A stretch of 40,820 nucleotides of DNA from Octopus bimaculoides (GCF_001194135.2 NC_068981.1:60996070-61036889); one strand, 5' to 3'. Counted from the first letter of the stretch, positions 22,200-35,409 are shown. Notes: generated by a model from the letters alone, not told the origin. Numbers and translations are program-made.

Positions 22200-25100
22200 G
22201 TGAAGGACATTTTGTTCTGTATTGCTTAAGTGTATAATAGAGGCAAGAAGAGAGGCGTCCTTATGCTTTATATACGGTTTACAAGATATAAAACTTGAAC
22301 AGTTTGATATTTTCAAGAAAGAAACAAGAGCTACCGACTGTGAATATAATGAGAATGTACAATATACGCCGATGACTCTAATGCTAGCAAAGATGTATCG
22401 TCACACGGAGTTTCATGCAGATTTGCAGATCTGAATCAATCTCAACAATAAATGCCTGCTACATAAGGACTGCATGCAAAACATTATAGTTCCTAAATGG
22501 AAAGAACCGACTCAAAATGTTAATTGGCAGCACCAAAATCTGTGACCTCATTCGTCTGTATGTACCTGATACACTGCGTTAGATGTTTCTGTCATTGATA
22601 GAGGAACTGCACGTTGGCTATATGTAGCCATCATAAACTAAGGCGAGCACAATACAGATTTCAGGTCGACATGGGAGTGGAAAATGTAATAAAAATGGAG
22701 TAGCTCTTTTGACGTTTTGTACTGAGAATAATCTGGTTGTCACCAACCACCTGGATGCACCCACGATCTAAGCACTGGTATCTCATAGATTATATTCCGA
22801 TTAGAAAACGTGATATGAAAACCATGTCTAACGTACGGCCCATAGGAAGGGCAGAGAGCTGGACTAACAATCGTCTAGTGCGTGGAAAAATAGATTTTTC
22901 GATAATGCCTAAAAATTGACAGTCTGGTCCTAAGGTACCCAAAAAGTTTAAATATTGCAAACTTTAAATTATCAAACAACATGCAAAGATTCCACGATGG
23001 TATAGAAAGTATCAATCTTGACCCAAACTGTCTATGGGAATATTTCAATACAAAATTATTTCAGGCTGCAAGTTCTTCAGTGGGATTTAAATCGCATAAA
23101 TCCAGTGACTGGTTCTCAGATAGATCAGCAGAAATTCATGACCTACTTTTAGAAAAACAAAACTTAGGCAATACACTGCTTTCTTGGTCCTTTAACCCCA
23201 ACTCAAACGAAGCTTACAGAAAGCTGAAAAGGAAAGTGCAGACTGCTCTAAGGAAAATCAAACAGAAATGGTGGAATGATAAGTCAAAAGGGGCACAAGA
23301 AGCAGCTGATAGAAATGATGCCAAGTGTTTGTATTCTCATATTAGGGAGATATATGGCCCAAAATCTTATTCAATAGTACCAGTGAAAACAGCAAATGGA
23401 CGTTTTCTTTTGACTGGCACCGCTTCTATTTATACGCGTTTGGTACAACATTTTTCTGCACTTTTGAATGGACCATCATCCGTTGACATGAGGACGATAG
23501 AAAAAAATTAACACCTTCCAATCATAGAAGAGATGGCATTTGAACCAACTTTAAATGACATTTACTTAGCTGTGAATAAGCTGAATAAAAATAAGTCTCC
23601 AGGGTCTGAGAGAATCTGTGCAGAAGTCCTGAAATATGGAGGTGATAAAATGTTTGAACTCTTAAATATATTAATTTGTCACTTTTGGAGAATTGAGAAA
23701 GTGCCTCAAGACAAGATTGATGCCATTTTAGTTTCTTGTATAAATCGGGGATAAAGGATCTGTGTGGCGATTTTCGTGGTTTTCCTTCCTCCAGGAGCAC
23801 AGCTGATTGTATATTTACTGTCAGACAATTACATGAAAAGTGCATTGAACAGAATCTTGCTCTATACCATTGATTTGTTGATTTGAACAAAGCATTCGAT
23901 ACTCCTAATCCTAAGTAAATAGGTTGCCCAGAAAAATTTGTAAACATGACCAGGGCTTTGCATCAAATATGAACGCTGGAGTCAATTTTGGTGGTAGGCT
24001 CTCTGAATCATTGGCTGTGGAAAATGGAGTAAAGCAAGGAAACCTTTATGCACTCACCCTCTTTGCAATATACTTTGCTGTTGTATTGTCACATGCTTTT
24101 CAAATCTCTATGGAGGGTATTTACATAAGATATCGAGCAAAAGGGAATGTTTTTAATCTTCTGATCAGACTGAAATCCAAAACAAAGGTTTTTACTTCAT
24201 TCATTTGGGAACATTTGTACGCTGACGATTGCGATCTTGTCAGTCATTTTGGAACAGGTCAGCAATCTCTTGTATCTACATTCGACTCGGCTTGTGATGA
24301 TTTTGGCTTGGCCATTAACTTGTAAAAAACAGTTGTAATATATGAAACTGCGTGTGGAGCTGTTTGTAAGCCCACTAAAAGTTTTGTTTCGGGAAATTAC
24401 TTCAGGTTGTCGATTCGTTCATCTACCTTGGAAGTTCTGCTCAAAATGATGGCATTCTTGATACAAAAATACAGCTGCGAATTCAAATGGCAACAAAAGC
24501 ATTTGGTGGCTTGGATTCACGCGTTTGGTGCCAGCGACATATAAATAAGTATAAAAAGCTGGATCTTTACAAATCTTTGTCTTACCACCCTTGTTGTATT
24601 CCTGTGAAACTTGGACTTGTTATGAAAGGCATTTTAAATTGTTAGAACAATTCCTCCTAAGATGCATTCATCGCATTTAAAAAATTAAATGGAGTTATAT
24701 TATTCCAAACACAGATGTCCTTCCATCTGCAGGCATCACCTCAATTAAAGCTAAGATTCTCCGGAACCAATTGAGATGGTGTGGCCATATTGTTCGAATA
24801 GCAGATGACCGCATGCCGAAACAGCCGTTTTATGGTGAGCTTGCAGAGGGCAGGCGCTATTGGTGTAAAACTTTTTAAATGGTTTAAGGACGGCATAAGA
24901 ACTACTTTGAAGACATAGAAACCCTTGCTTCGGATCGGGTTCGATGGCGAACAAAGAGTGGAGTGGGGTGCAAACATTTGAACAGGCCAGGATAACGCAA
25001 GTAAGATTCAAAAGACATCTAGGGAAGAATGTAGCAATCGAGAAGGTGAATGACAATGACCTTTTTGTGGGCACAGTCTGTGACAGTCAATGCCTCACTT

Positions 25101-25394
25101 TTGATGGCCAAAAATAACATCTACGAACGCATGGAATACGAACCATCACCAAGTATTCTGCCTATATGAATTCAGTGGATGCTAGAAGGTTTGCAAATCC
25201 AGCGGTGGCCTCAAAAGACATGTTAAGATACACAAAGAGCAGAACTTATCTGCAACTCTTGGTGGTCCAAATCGGAGGTGCAATCTATGTGGGAATCTTT
25301 TCAGAACATTGTCTGGCTTAAAAAAACCAAATCACATGCCATGGTGGTACAGGAGGTGGTCAAACTCTGCATAAGGAGTAGACAGCCACCATAT
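22200..25394 (+). mobile_element. Near full-length RTE-clade LINE (APE + RT + three C-terminal C2H2 fingers), defective
   Basis: APE: ETR motif (ORF 22222), GRHGSGKCNKNGVALL, WMHPRSKHWYLIDY (22752 on); RT: NKSPGSERICAEVLKYGG, GVKQG, YADD (24218-24229); post-RT YSCETW, LRWCGHIVRIADDRMPKQ; fingers at about 25070-25132, 25165-25233, 25279-25342. Many stops/frameshifts. Confidence 0.95.
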
Positions 25395-26417
25395 ACTTTT
25401 ATATATGAGGATACCCAAATCCGTAATTTATGTTAAACCGAAAGAACATACTGAAAGTACCAAACGGCATCGTCTTTATATTTGGTAAACTTATCCACAA
25501 TGAGAAGTTTATTTTTGAGGACTTAGATTGAAAGGATTCCATATCAACATGCAGATCTGCGTTTTTATGTTACACTGTAATATTTCTGTTGAAAGAATCA
25601 TATCAGTACTTCATATCAAACTTGACTTCTAATACGATTTACTCTCTACCGTCCTCATACTTTCCACACCCATCGCGCTTTTCCAAAAAATATAACGTAT
25701 CAAAATTCCTGGTTTCTAATTATTTCACCTAATTATACAAAATCACTTTCCAATACACACAAAAAAATGTTAACTTTTACTCAGATATCTATTGATTTCC
25801 ATTCTCAGAATCAATCTTTCACTTTAACTGCTTACACGCATAGATTCTTCTTTCCAATTAATCTACATAGCAACACATCTACCAAGATTCCTAACAATAC
25901 TGAATCATATCCATTTATCTATCTTCGACCTCATCAATTTTTTTCTGCAGTTTTATTAGTTATGTTGCGGCTATGTCACGCACAAATTATTGGATTTACG
26001 AAATATACATCTCATATTTTATAATACATGCTTTTTGTGCATAACATATTTATTAAATATCATGCCTCTGATTAATGCACCGTATACATTTTTGTTTACA
26101 GGTTTATTTTTCTTCTTATTTTTTATAGAAAACCCTTCCCTTTCCTTTCTCATACTATTTCGTATCTTTTCTTTATCCCAAGTCTTCTTCCCTCCAACAT
26201 TTTCTCACCAAAATCGCTTCTCATCTGGCACATCTTTCGTTTCAAATTCTGTAACATTATCTCCTTCACTCCTCTGCAGATTTTTCCCGCCATAAAACCA
26301 CCTTATTTAATTTTTTTTTTACCTCAGTGCATATATATTCCTAACTTTGAAGTAAGATCTCAACTTACTAATTAATCCTAATTTTATTTACATTTTCAAT
26401 AATCTATCAATCCCCTC

Positions 26418-26663
26418 NNNNNNNNNNNNNNNNNNNNNNNNNNNNNNNNNNNNNNNNNNNNNNNNNNNNNNNNNNNNNNNNNNNNNNNNNNNNNNNNNNN
26501 NNNNNNNNNNNNNNNNNNNNNNNNNNNNNNNNNNNNNNNNNNNNNNNNNNNNNNNNNNNNNNNNNNNNNNNNNNNNNNNNNNNNNNNNNNNNNNNNNNNN
26601 NNNNNNNNNNNNNNNNNNNNNNNNNNNNNNNNNNNNNNNNNNNNNNNNNNNNNNNNNNNNNNN
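26418..26663. other. Assembly gap (N)
   Basis: Run of n. Confidence 1.
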
Positions 26664-26757
26664 TATATATATATATATATATGTATATATGTGTGTGTGC
26701 ATATGCGTGTGTACACATGTACGTATAGGTGCGTATATGTGTGAGTGTACATGTATT

Positions 26758-26792
<35 letters not shown>

Positions 26793-26795
26793 GTA

Positions 26796-27530
26796 CAGGA
26801 TGTGATGGGTAACTTGTGTACATTAATATCTTTAATTTCGTGTTTGCACATTATTTATTTTTGTTTTTGTCAGCTACATAGTATAGTAGGTTGAGTTAGG
26901 CACCGTCTGTCAGAAATACAGCACCATGGCACAATTCACTCAGCCAGAAATTTGGAAAAGACATGCTATACAGCTTTGCATTCGCGCTAGAAGCTCTAAA
27001 ACAAACATTGAAGTGTGTTTGGGTATCAATCTCAGGACATGTACAGAGAGTTATAAAAAACAAACATCAAATCAACATCATGGTGTTTGGAGTGATCACT
27101 AGTGGTGGTGACGCTATGCTTCCATTCATGTTCCCACACTGCCTCAGATTAAACGCAGAGGCCTACATCAAGTACCTGGAAGAGGTAGTGCTTCCCTGAG
27201 TCAAGGGAGTGGATGCTGGAAACATGTTATGTCTGGCAACAGCACTTTGCAACATGCTGCACATGCAGGAGCAGCCATTTGTGGTTGTGAGACAATTTTT
27301 GGACCACCTCACTCCTAACATCTGGCCACCTAACTCACCAGACGGAAGCCGCTTTGATTATTATGTGAGGGGCGCAGTTGAGCGAGAGACCAGTAGAACT
27401 CCTTCTAACACCAAAAGATGAACAGAAGGCAAGGATTATGGCAGCAGTCACCAAATTAAAGGGAATGTCCAGAAGATTTGCAGGAGATTCCGAAGTCCTT
27501 TGGAAGCTGTGGTTGAAGCCAATGGCGATT
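26796..27530 (+). mobile_element. DD37D (maT-type) Tc1/mariner transposon, internally deleted, runs into gap
   Basis: TA (26794-95) then caggatgtgatgggtaa end; QINIMVFGVITSGGDAMLPFMFPHCLRLNAEAYIKYLEEVVLP..WPPNSPDGSRFDYY..EAVVEANGD; region between N-terminus and catalytic core missing. Confidence 0.9.
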
Positions 27531-27914
27531 NNNNNNNNNNNNNNNNNNNNNNNNNNNNNNNNNNNNNNNNNNNNNNNNNNNNNNNNNNNNNNNNNNNNNN
27601 NNNNNNNNNNNNNNNNNNNNNNNNNNNNNNNNNNNNNNNNNNNNNNNNNNNNNNNNNNNNNNNNNNNNNNNNNNNNNNNNNNNNNNNNNNNNNNNNNNNN
27701 NNNNNNNNNNNNNNNNNNNNNNNNNNNNNNNNNNNNNNNNNNNNNNNNNNNNNNNNNNNNNNNNNNNNNNNNNNNNNNNNNNNNNNNNNNNNNNNNNNNN
27801 NNNNNNNNNNNNNNNNNNNNNNNNNNNNNNNNNNNNNNNNNNNNNNNNNNNNNNNNNNNNNNNNNNNNNNNNNNNNNNNNNNNNNNNNNNNNNNNNNNNN
27901 NNNNNNNNNNNNNN
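27531..27914. other. Assembly gap (N)
   Basis: Run of n between two copies of the same transposon. Confidence 1.
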
Positions 27915-29080
27915 TTATCTTTCGCATGTGCACTGTTTCTTTTCAATTTTATCACCTACACAGTATAGTTGGATCATTTGGTCACCCTCTGTGACAAAAA
28001 CAAGATGGTGAGACAATTTAGTAACTCAGAAATATTTGGAAACGTCATGCTGTACTGCTTGGCATTTGTGATGGGATATCCCATACGAACATTTCATATT
28101 GTTTGGGTATCAATCTGAAGACAGTGCAGCGGATTCTGAAAGAGTTGGATGAGACTAATGGTTATCACGAAGGAACGGCCACATGCAAAACTCACTCTGA
28201 TCGTTCTGATAAGAAAATAAATTCTGAATTTGTTGGTGAAATTCAGGCCATAATTGACTATTATCTCTCCAAGTCAGGTCCGTCTCTAGGGACATAGGAT
28301 TGTATATGTTTCGTATCAGGCAGGTAGTGCATGAAGATATTCGGTATTCCTCGTAAACAATGAGAAAAGGCCAATTTTTATCATAAGCCACCCAGGATAA
28401 AGGAGAGACCACGCTACGAAGCTTTTGAACTAACTCAATTATTCCCTCTAACTGAACATACTTCTGTTTTTCTCAGACGAGAGAAATGTCTGCCGGAATC
28501 AGATGGTGAACACACAGCACAAACTTCGGCTTGCCGTGTCTACAAAACATGTACCGAGATGTACCGAGATGTACAGCCAGTCAACATCATGGAATTTGGA
28601 GTGATCACAGGTAATGGCACCGTTATACCTCCTTTCATCTTCTCACGCGGTCTTAGACTCAACATGGAGACCAACATCAAGTGTCTGGAGTAGGCAGTGC
28701 CCTGGCTGTTGGAACACATTATGTCTAGCAACAAGACTCTGTACCATGTCATACATGCAGGAGCAGACAGCCATGGCTGTCAAACAATTTCTGGGATTAC
28801 ATCACTCCTACATTCTGGCCACCTAACTTCCCAGACTGCAACCCTTTTGATTATTATGTGTAGAGCTCAGTTGAGCGAGAGACCAACAAAACATTGCGTA
28901 ACAACAAAGATGAACTCAGAGCAAACATTATGACAGACTTCGCCACCTTAAACAAGGAGGCCGTCCAGAAGATTTGAAGGGGATTACGAAGTCGTCTAGG
29001 GGCCATGGTTGAAGCCAACGGCGAGTTTATTGAATATATTTATTCTTTCGTATTTCAAGGTAGTTTATGTAGTTTTGGTA
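27915..29080 (+). mobile_element. DD37D (maT-type) transposon, nearly complete transposase pseudogene
   Basis: ATG 28005; FSDE (D at 28476-78); QQDS (D at 28735-37) and WPPNFPDCNPFDYY (D at 28849-51) in one frame with exactly 37 residues between; ends MVEANGEFIE; 10-bp tandem duplication atgtaccgag near 28550-28575. Confidence 0.93.
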
Positions 29081-29117
29081 AATATATATGTTACGATGAG
29101 ATGTCAGTGTTATACTC

Positions 29118-29213
29118 ATGTATGTATGCATGTATGTATGTATGTGTATATGTATGTATGTATGTAAGTATGTATGTATGTATGTATGCATGCATGAATG
29201 CATACCTGCATGC

Positions 29214-29248
<35 letters not shown>
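29118..29248. repeat. (ATGT)n plus (TA)n microsatellites
   Basis: Direct inspection. Confidence 0.95.
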
Positions 29249-29250
<2 letters not shown>

Positions 29251-29559
29251 TATATGTATAATATACATATATGTACGGACACACATACACATATATGCAA
29301 AGAAACCACCATAAGTTATAAACAGAGTCCTTGAGTCAATGTACTCCTATCAGAACTCCAGCTTTGATGTTTTAAAATCTCTCGGATTTGTGTAAAAGTG
29401 CCCACAGGGAAAATACTTTCCCCATTCCCAGTATGTTTCATACTGAAATTTAATGAATTTGGCGACTAGACATATTTTTTGAAGGCATATATTTTTGTGT
29501 TTAAGAAAAACTAGTGAGCAACTGGAGAAATATATGGAATACAGTTCAGGCAATACCAA

Positions 29560-30500
29560 TATTAAAATCTTGTAAATGTGTTAAATGAAGGATGAATCAA
29601 TTAAAAACGAAAAAGGTTTGAGAATGGGTAGTCGAAAATTAGCAAAATAAAAATTGTCTTACTCGTACGACAAAGAAAATCGATGAACGACGGGAAGAAG
29701 AAAAATCAATGCAGTTTTTAATGCCGATGCTGAATGATGCCATTTCTCTCACTGATGGTTTGAATTACTACGTCACCAGAGAATTAAAAAAAAGCACTAA
29801 ACGTTACTCCAGGTTATAATACAAATTTGCAGAAAAGAACTACATGTTACCATGTATTGGAAACCTAAACGAATAAGATATTACTCTTTTCAAATGTCAA
29901 AGAATTGAGTTTTAAATAATAATAAAAAATAACCGTCAGTAAGAACCACTGGCTATGACGAAAGTAGAAAGTAGGATAACTGCAGTTCCTTTTCGTATGA
30001 CCGATAGAAGTGTACTAAAATTGATGTGACTTCTTAGAGAAAATCAATAAGAGAGTTTTCTAAAATCATTTATCTCCAGTTGCATCCCCAAGGTTGGATA
30101 GATAAAGGTGGTTTATAGAAAACATAAAGTAAGTCTCGAACATACGACTTGTGGATTACGAATGATAACTTGCTCATTTGGGGTATGTTTAGAGAACATT
30201 TAGTAAAGAAAGGTAATAGAAATGCTTTATATATATTAGAGCTTAATATCAATAAACCATTTTTATTACATGATGAGGATAATTTGAAAAAAAAATCGAA
30301 ATGCTTGTTAGCGTAAAACATGTACAGAAACACATAGAATATGGGTTCTATCAGCGCCTCTGATATGTGAATGGGTCGATGGTTCATTGAAACATAAAAG
30401 TTGACATTGACGTCAATTTATTCGCAAAATATGGAGTTTGAAATGCAGTGACTGGTAGAAAAGACGATTATGTATACGATGAAGAAGAACTAGATGATAT
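29560..30500 (+). mobile_element. Decayed pogo/Tigger-family (DDE_1) transposase
   Basis: Ordered motifs CIGNLNE (29853-73, IGNMDE-like), VRTTG (29939-53), HPQGWID (30083-103), WGMFREHL (30179-202, WDMFRAHL-like), INKPF (30248-62), LICEWV (30360-77). TIRs not identified. Confidence 0.75.
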
Positions 30501-31619
30501 GCAACGTCTAACCGTAAAAAGTAACGAGGAAGTAATCCTCATGTTTCTATCATTCATCAAGTATATGTGGAAATATTATTTGATGGGGATTACAAAAAGC
30601 ATGGTAGTACCGGGATTTTAGTGAACCTTTGTGCTTGCAACTTTGAAATTTTTCTACGCCAGTTTCATTCACAGCAGTATTTAATTCCTCTATGCATTTT
30701 GTGTGAGTAAATAAAGCAAGCCTACTAGATAACTTTGTTTTTTTATTTCATGATTATTTGTATTTGCTTTATATTTCAAGGCTTAAAATCTACATTTAGT
30801 CTATTAAAAAAAAGGGAAGCGAAAGATGGAATTACAAATTCAGCCATGAAGAGGCAGCATATTTCTTCGGTCGAGTGTTGCTTTTTTTATGTAGACTGGT
30901 GTCGTGTTGTTAAGCTCTTTATTAATTTTGTATTCAAAACTTAAAATTTATTGTGTTAATTAGAAATAAAATTACAGCATCGATGTCATTTAACGGTCAC
31001 GAGTGTGATTTTAACTCCGAATATGAAAATTGAGTTTTAGATCTGTGATACAAAACTCACTGGCAAGGTCATAATAAGCATGTGCACAGCCAAGTAAATA
31101 TCAGAATTGTGCAAATCATTATATTAAGCTTGTGGCAATTGTCTATTACTTCTTAGGTGCAAATTTACATCATTAAGATAGTCTTTTGGGTTTGAATTAT
31201 ACGAATGACGTGGAGTGTAAATATTGTTTAGAGTTACATGGCCTTATTTATTGTTATATTTTAAATTAAACCTGAAAGAAATCTGCACAAAGTAAAGCAA
31301 TAAGATGAAATACACAATTCCAGTATTGTAAAAATCTGTTAGTTAAATCCAATCAATAAAATGATGAAACAGTATGGTATTCAAATTTTAATATGCCGTT
31401 CAGTGTTCATGCACATGTTAGGGGCATTGTCTTCAACTGAATATCATCTGTAATTAGACGCGACGGTAAAAATATGGCGTTATCTTATTGTGGCAGTGTA
31501 TGACATAAATTATAATTTTGTATGCAAATATACATTGTTCTGTTCGTTATCAACAATCGAAAGGGACACAGATTGTTTCAAAATATTCTCCTAAATAATA
31601 ATAGCTATAATAGCTCTTA

Positions 31620-31815
31620 CGTGTGTATGTATAAATATATGTATGTGTGTGTGTATGTGTGTGCGTGTGTGTGTATACTCTCTCGCATTTATACACACAT
31701 ACTCACGCACACATATATACGTGTACATGCATATATACATGCTTACATACGTACGTTTATACATACATACATACATACATACATACGTACATACATACAA
31801 ACATACGTACGTACA
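31620..31815. repeat. (GT)n, (CA)n and (ATAC)n compound microsatellite
   Basis: Direct inspection. Confidence 0.9.
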
Positions 31816-32300
31816 AAATTTATAACGATACATACATAACATTCGAAGCGACAAGTCGCGTATTTTGCATGGGAGAATATTTATGGAATATACGATGAAT
31901 ACTATCTGTAGGTTTGGAGCCACAACTATAAGCCTTGTTAAATAACTGGTTAATCTTCAGTTGAATTAACTGACGGAACCTTTTATGCTCGATCGTAGTG
32001 ATTTTCGACTGAAACTTGAATTTAGCATGCAGAAAGTTACTACAAATAACATGGTTGGAGACAACATCAACAACACAATTGAGGACAGAACGTAAACAAC
32101 AACTTAACAGGTAAAAACATTCTTTCTAGCTGTAGTTATAGACGAAACAGTAACTAAAAAACTCATTACTCTTGGAGCAATGAATTAAATTGGGACGATC
32201 TGCATCTAGGATTAAATCATTTTACTGCGAAACAACTATTCCAACAAGCAATATTTGTAGAACATAGAAAGAAGGGGCATCTGTAATTTTATTAAAAAAG

Positions 32301-32720
32301 TTACTCTATCCAGATTACAAGTTCGGGTTTATACCAGTAATTATTGGGGCCCTAGTATATGTAACACACTGCCTAAATGCCAATCTTGAGAGATTTGACT
32401 TCTCAAAACCAGAAAGGAGAAAGCTAATTCGAAGACTACAGATCCAATCCATCACTGGAACTGTAAAAATCTATTAAACTTTCCAGAAGTTTATCATTTG
32501 AATATATATGACCATATCTAGATATGCAACTATATGCATGAGAATACATACATGTATGCATGAGAATACATACACACATACATACATACATACATGCATA
32601 CATACAAAAATACCATGTTTTTGATGTTAAAATTCCAATAAAGGAAATTTGGATCTAGGTTAGAAACTGGTTCTTTCTCTATTGGAGAGACATATTGAAA
32701 TAAACTGAATAATGACGCAT
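32301..32720 (+). mobile_element. RLE-type LINE 3' end (ORF C-terminus plus 3' UTR)
   Basis: 32301-32501 reads LLYPDYKFGFIPVIIGALVYVTHCLNANLERFDFSKPERRKLIRRLQIQSITGTVKIY*TFQKFII*; IPVIIGAL and QSITGTVKI match the RLE-domain C-terminus. Confidence 0.8.
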
Positions 32721-32782
32721 ATACAAAGAAAAGCCGATTTATTTGTTCATTAGTTGAAAGAATTTATGTAAATTCGACCATA

Positions 32783-34078
32783 CATAGGGGCACCCAAATG
32801 TAACCGGAAACGCTCTCTGAGAGAGAATCCCGGCGTAATGCCAGCTTCCGCTGCTACAAGCCAACCCCTTGATGCAATCTTCAGACAGTCTGCCAACAAG
32901 TGTAATTGTCTGGGTTCGTACTGTCGCGTGGTGCGACTTTGTTTTGCCGTGCTTCTCCGCAGTTCGTCGATTTTTGCGATGCTTGAAACGAAGGAACAGT
33001 GCGCACCTTGAAATTCTGTTTTCTGTTGGGGAAAACGGTGGCCGAACGAGTCAGTAGTCATCTTTGAAACAACTTACAAGGACGCTGCGGAGCAAAACAA
33101 TTTAACCTGTGGTTTTCGCACTTTTGGAATTGGGTTCTTGTCGCTTGAAACAACCTCGTTCAGGGCCACCGACGACCTACCGAATGAATAAAGACATCAC
33201 GAAAATTCATGAACTGATCTCAGAGGACCGTTGCAGAATAATTCATGAATTTGGTGATACGTGTGTCCTGGAGCTCCTTCCAACGAATTTTGAGCAAAGA
33301 ATTTTGAATGAAGATAGTTGCAGCAGAGCTTGTGCTTCGCTTATTCAAGGAAAATCAAAAGCAGTCATGACAGAAAGCGTGTCGTGAACTGAAAGAACAG
33401 TTGGAAACTGATCCGGATCAGAATTCAAAGGTCATTACAAGTGACGAAAGGTGGTGCTACGGCTACATCACGGAAACGCAGTAGCAGGCAAGCCATTGGA
33501 AGCATTCAATGTCATTACGCCCCAAGAAAGCGTGTTCAGTGAAGTCCGAAGTCAAGATGCCACAGACGGTTCATTGCATTGAAAGGAATTCTCCGCATAG
33601 AATTTGTTCCACCTTGTCAAACTGTTAGCCAGATATTTTACTGGGTAGCTCTGAAGCATCTATGAGATGCGGTGAGATGAAAACTATCCGACCTCTAGCG
33701 AAGTGGAGAGTGGTGGTTCCATTACGAAAATGCACTCGCGCACACCGCCTTGAGTGTGTGAGAGCTTTTAACTAACAATGTCATGACCCCGCTTATTCCC
33801 TCCTCCCTATTCAGCTGCGAAAGTGTTTGATCCCTCGAATGAAAAAAGTCGTTAAATTGTTTTGCAGATGTGGAAGAGATGGGGAGAAAACGAAGGACGT
33901 GCCAAAATACATCACTTCGCATGAGTTCCAGGAATTCTTCGAACAGGGGTAAACGTGTCTTGCCCGATACATTACGGTAGAAGGAGAATAATTTGAAGGT
34001 GATAAAAGCGTAAGCATGTAAAACTAAGTGAATGAGATAATATTGCAAAAATCCCGGTTTCTTTTGAGTATCCCCTCG
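32783..34078 (+). mobile_element. Full-length but decayed mariner (irritans-like)
   Basis: Degenerate TIRs cataggggcacccaaatgtaaccgg / ccggtttcttttgagtatcccctcg; ATG 32979; KVITSDERWCYGY, WFHYENALAHTA (HDNA-like), FEGD end; many frameshifts. Confidence 0.9.
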
Positions 34079-34164
34079 AACTGATCGTAGGACTTTTTTT
34101 TAAAATCTAGATTCATTTTGAAACAGCATACGTGTATGTATGTATGTGTGAATGTATGAATGTT

Positions 34165-34174
34165 NNNNNNNNNN
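34165..34174. other. Assembly gap (10 N)
   Basis: Run of n. Confidence 1.
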
Positions 34175-34496
34175 GAATGTATAAACCTGTACACACACAC
34201 ACACACACACCCACACACACACACAAACACACACACGCATACACACACACATATATATATATATTATTCTTAAAAAGCAAAGCAACATTTTTGTTTATGG
34301 TTAATAAATTTGTACTTATGAAATGTATAGAGCATCGCATCAGGTTAATGTAAAATTGCTTTTATTATAACTGAACATAAAAATCAAGCACACACATACA
34401 CACACTCACACACACACATATACACATAACCACACACACTCGCACACACATATACACAAATACATATAAATCTATATATATGTATACATATATATG

Positions 34497-34498
<2 letters not shown>

Positions 34499-34558
<60 letters not shown>
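34499..34558. repeat. (CA)n plus (TA)n microsatellite
   Basis: Direct inspection. Confidence 0.97.
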
Positions 34559-34559
<1 letters not shown>

Positions 34560-34649
34560 GGGAGAATATACAAAAAATAACAACAGACGAGGACAGGTGG
34601 TGTAAATAACAAAAGTATATATTAGTATGACGCTCGGGAATACGGAAAG

Positions 34650-34686
34650 TCTTTGACGTTTCGAGCTACGCTCTTCAACAGAAAGA
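34650..34686 (-). ncRNA. Minimal type I hammerhead ribozyme-like motif, variant core CUGUUGA
   Basis: Minus strand UCUUU-CUGUUGA-A-GAGC-gua-GCUC-GAAAC-GUC-AAAGA: 5-bp stem I, 4-bp stem II, palindromic ACGU at stem III, GUC triplet. Confidence 0.65.
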
Positions 34687-34950
34687 ATACGGAGACAAGG
34701 AGAAAAACACGGAGAAAAAAAATTGAATAGTGTTCAGTCAACGGTCAATCACACACACATATGTATACATGTGTGTGAAAGTGTGTGTGTTTATGTGTGT
34801 GTGCGTGAGTGTGTGTGTATAAAATCTTTCGAATTAAAGCTTAGAAGAAGCGGAATAACAAGCATATTATAAAATATGTTTCAAATAAAATTACGATGAA
34901 TACGCCGAAGCAATATGTTCAGAGAGAGTGAGAGAGAGGAAGAGAGAGAA

Positions 34951-35082
34951 AGAAGAAGAAGAAGAAGAAGAAGAAGAAGAAGAAGAAGAAGAAGAAGAAG
35001 AAGAAGAAGNNNNNNNNNNGAAGAAGAAGAAGAAGAAGAAGAAGAAGAAGAAGAAGAAGAAGAAGAAGAAGAAGAAGAAGAA
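34951..35082. repeat. (GAA)n microsatellite interrupted by a 10-N gap (35010-35019)
   Basis: Direct inspection. Confidence 0.98.
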
Positions 35083-35274
35083 AACGAGGGCAAAGAATCG
35101 AAAAAAAAGTAAAACAGATGTAAAACAGTACTAAATATTTGTAACCGATGTATACATATAAAGAATATAATGTATGTCAAAAAATGCTTTTACGCAAAAT
35201 ATATATTTCGATGAAAACAGACAATTACACGCAGAAGGGCATAAGCTTATTTGTTTATGTATACTAGAACTCTT

Positions 35275-35284
35275 TCTCTTTCCC

Positions 35285-35343
<59 letters not shown>

Positions 35344-35380
35344 GTATCTCTCTCCCTCTCTCTCTCTCTCTCTTTCTCTC
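35275..35380. repeat. (CT)n microsatellite
   Basis: Direct inspection. Confidence 0.97.
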
Positions 35381-35409
35381 ACAAACACACAAAAAAACGC
35401 ATACGCATA

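Noticed and set aside
25640-26330. Purine-rich minus strand suggesting another LINE ORF remnant
   Set aside because: No diagnostic motif readable.
34881-35180. ORFs with poly-R/E/K/S/L tracts
   Set aside because: Translations of the (GAA)n microsatellite and a 10-N gap.
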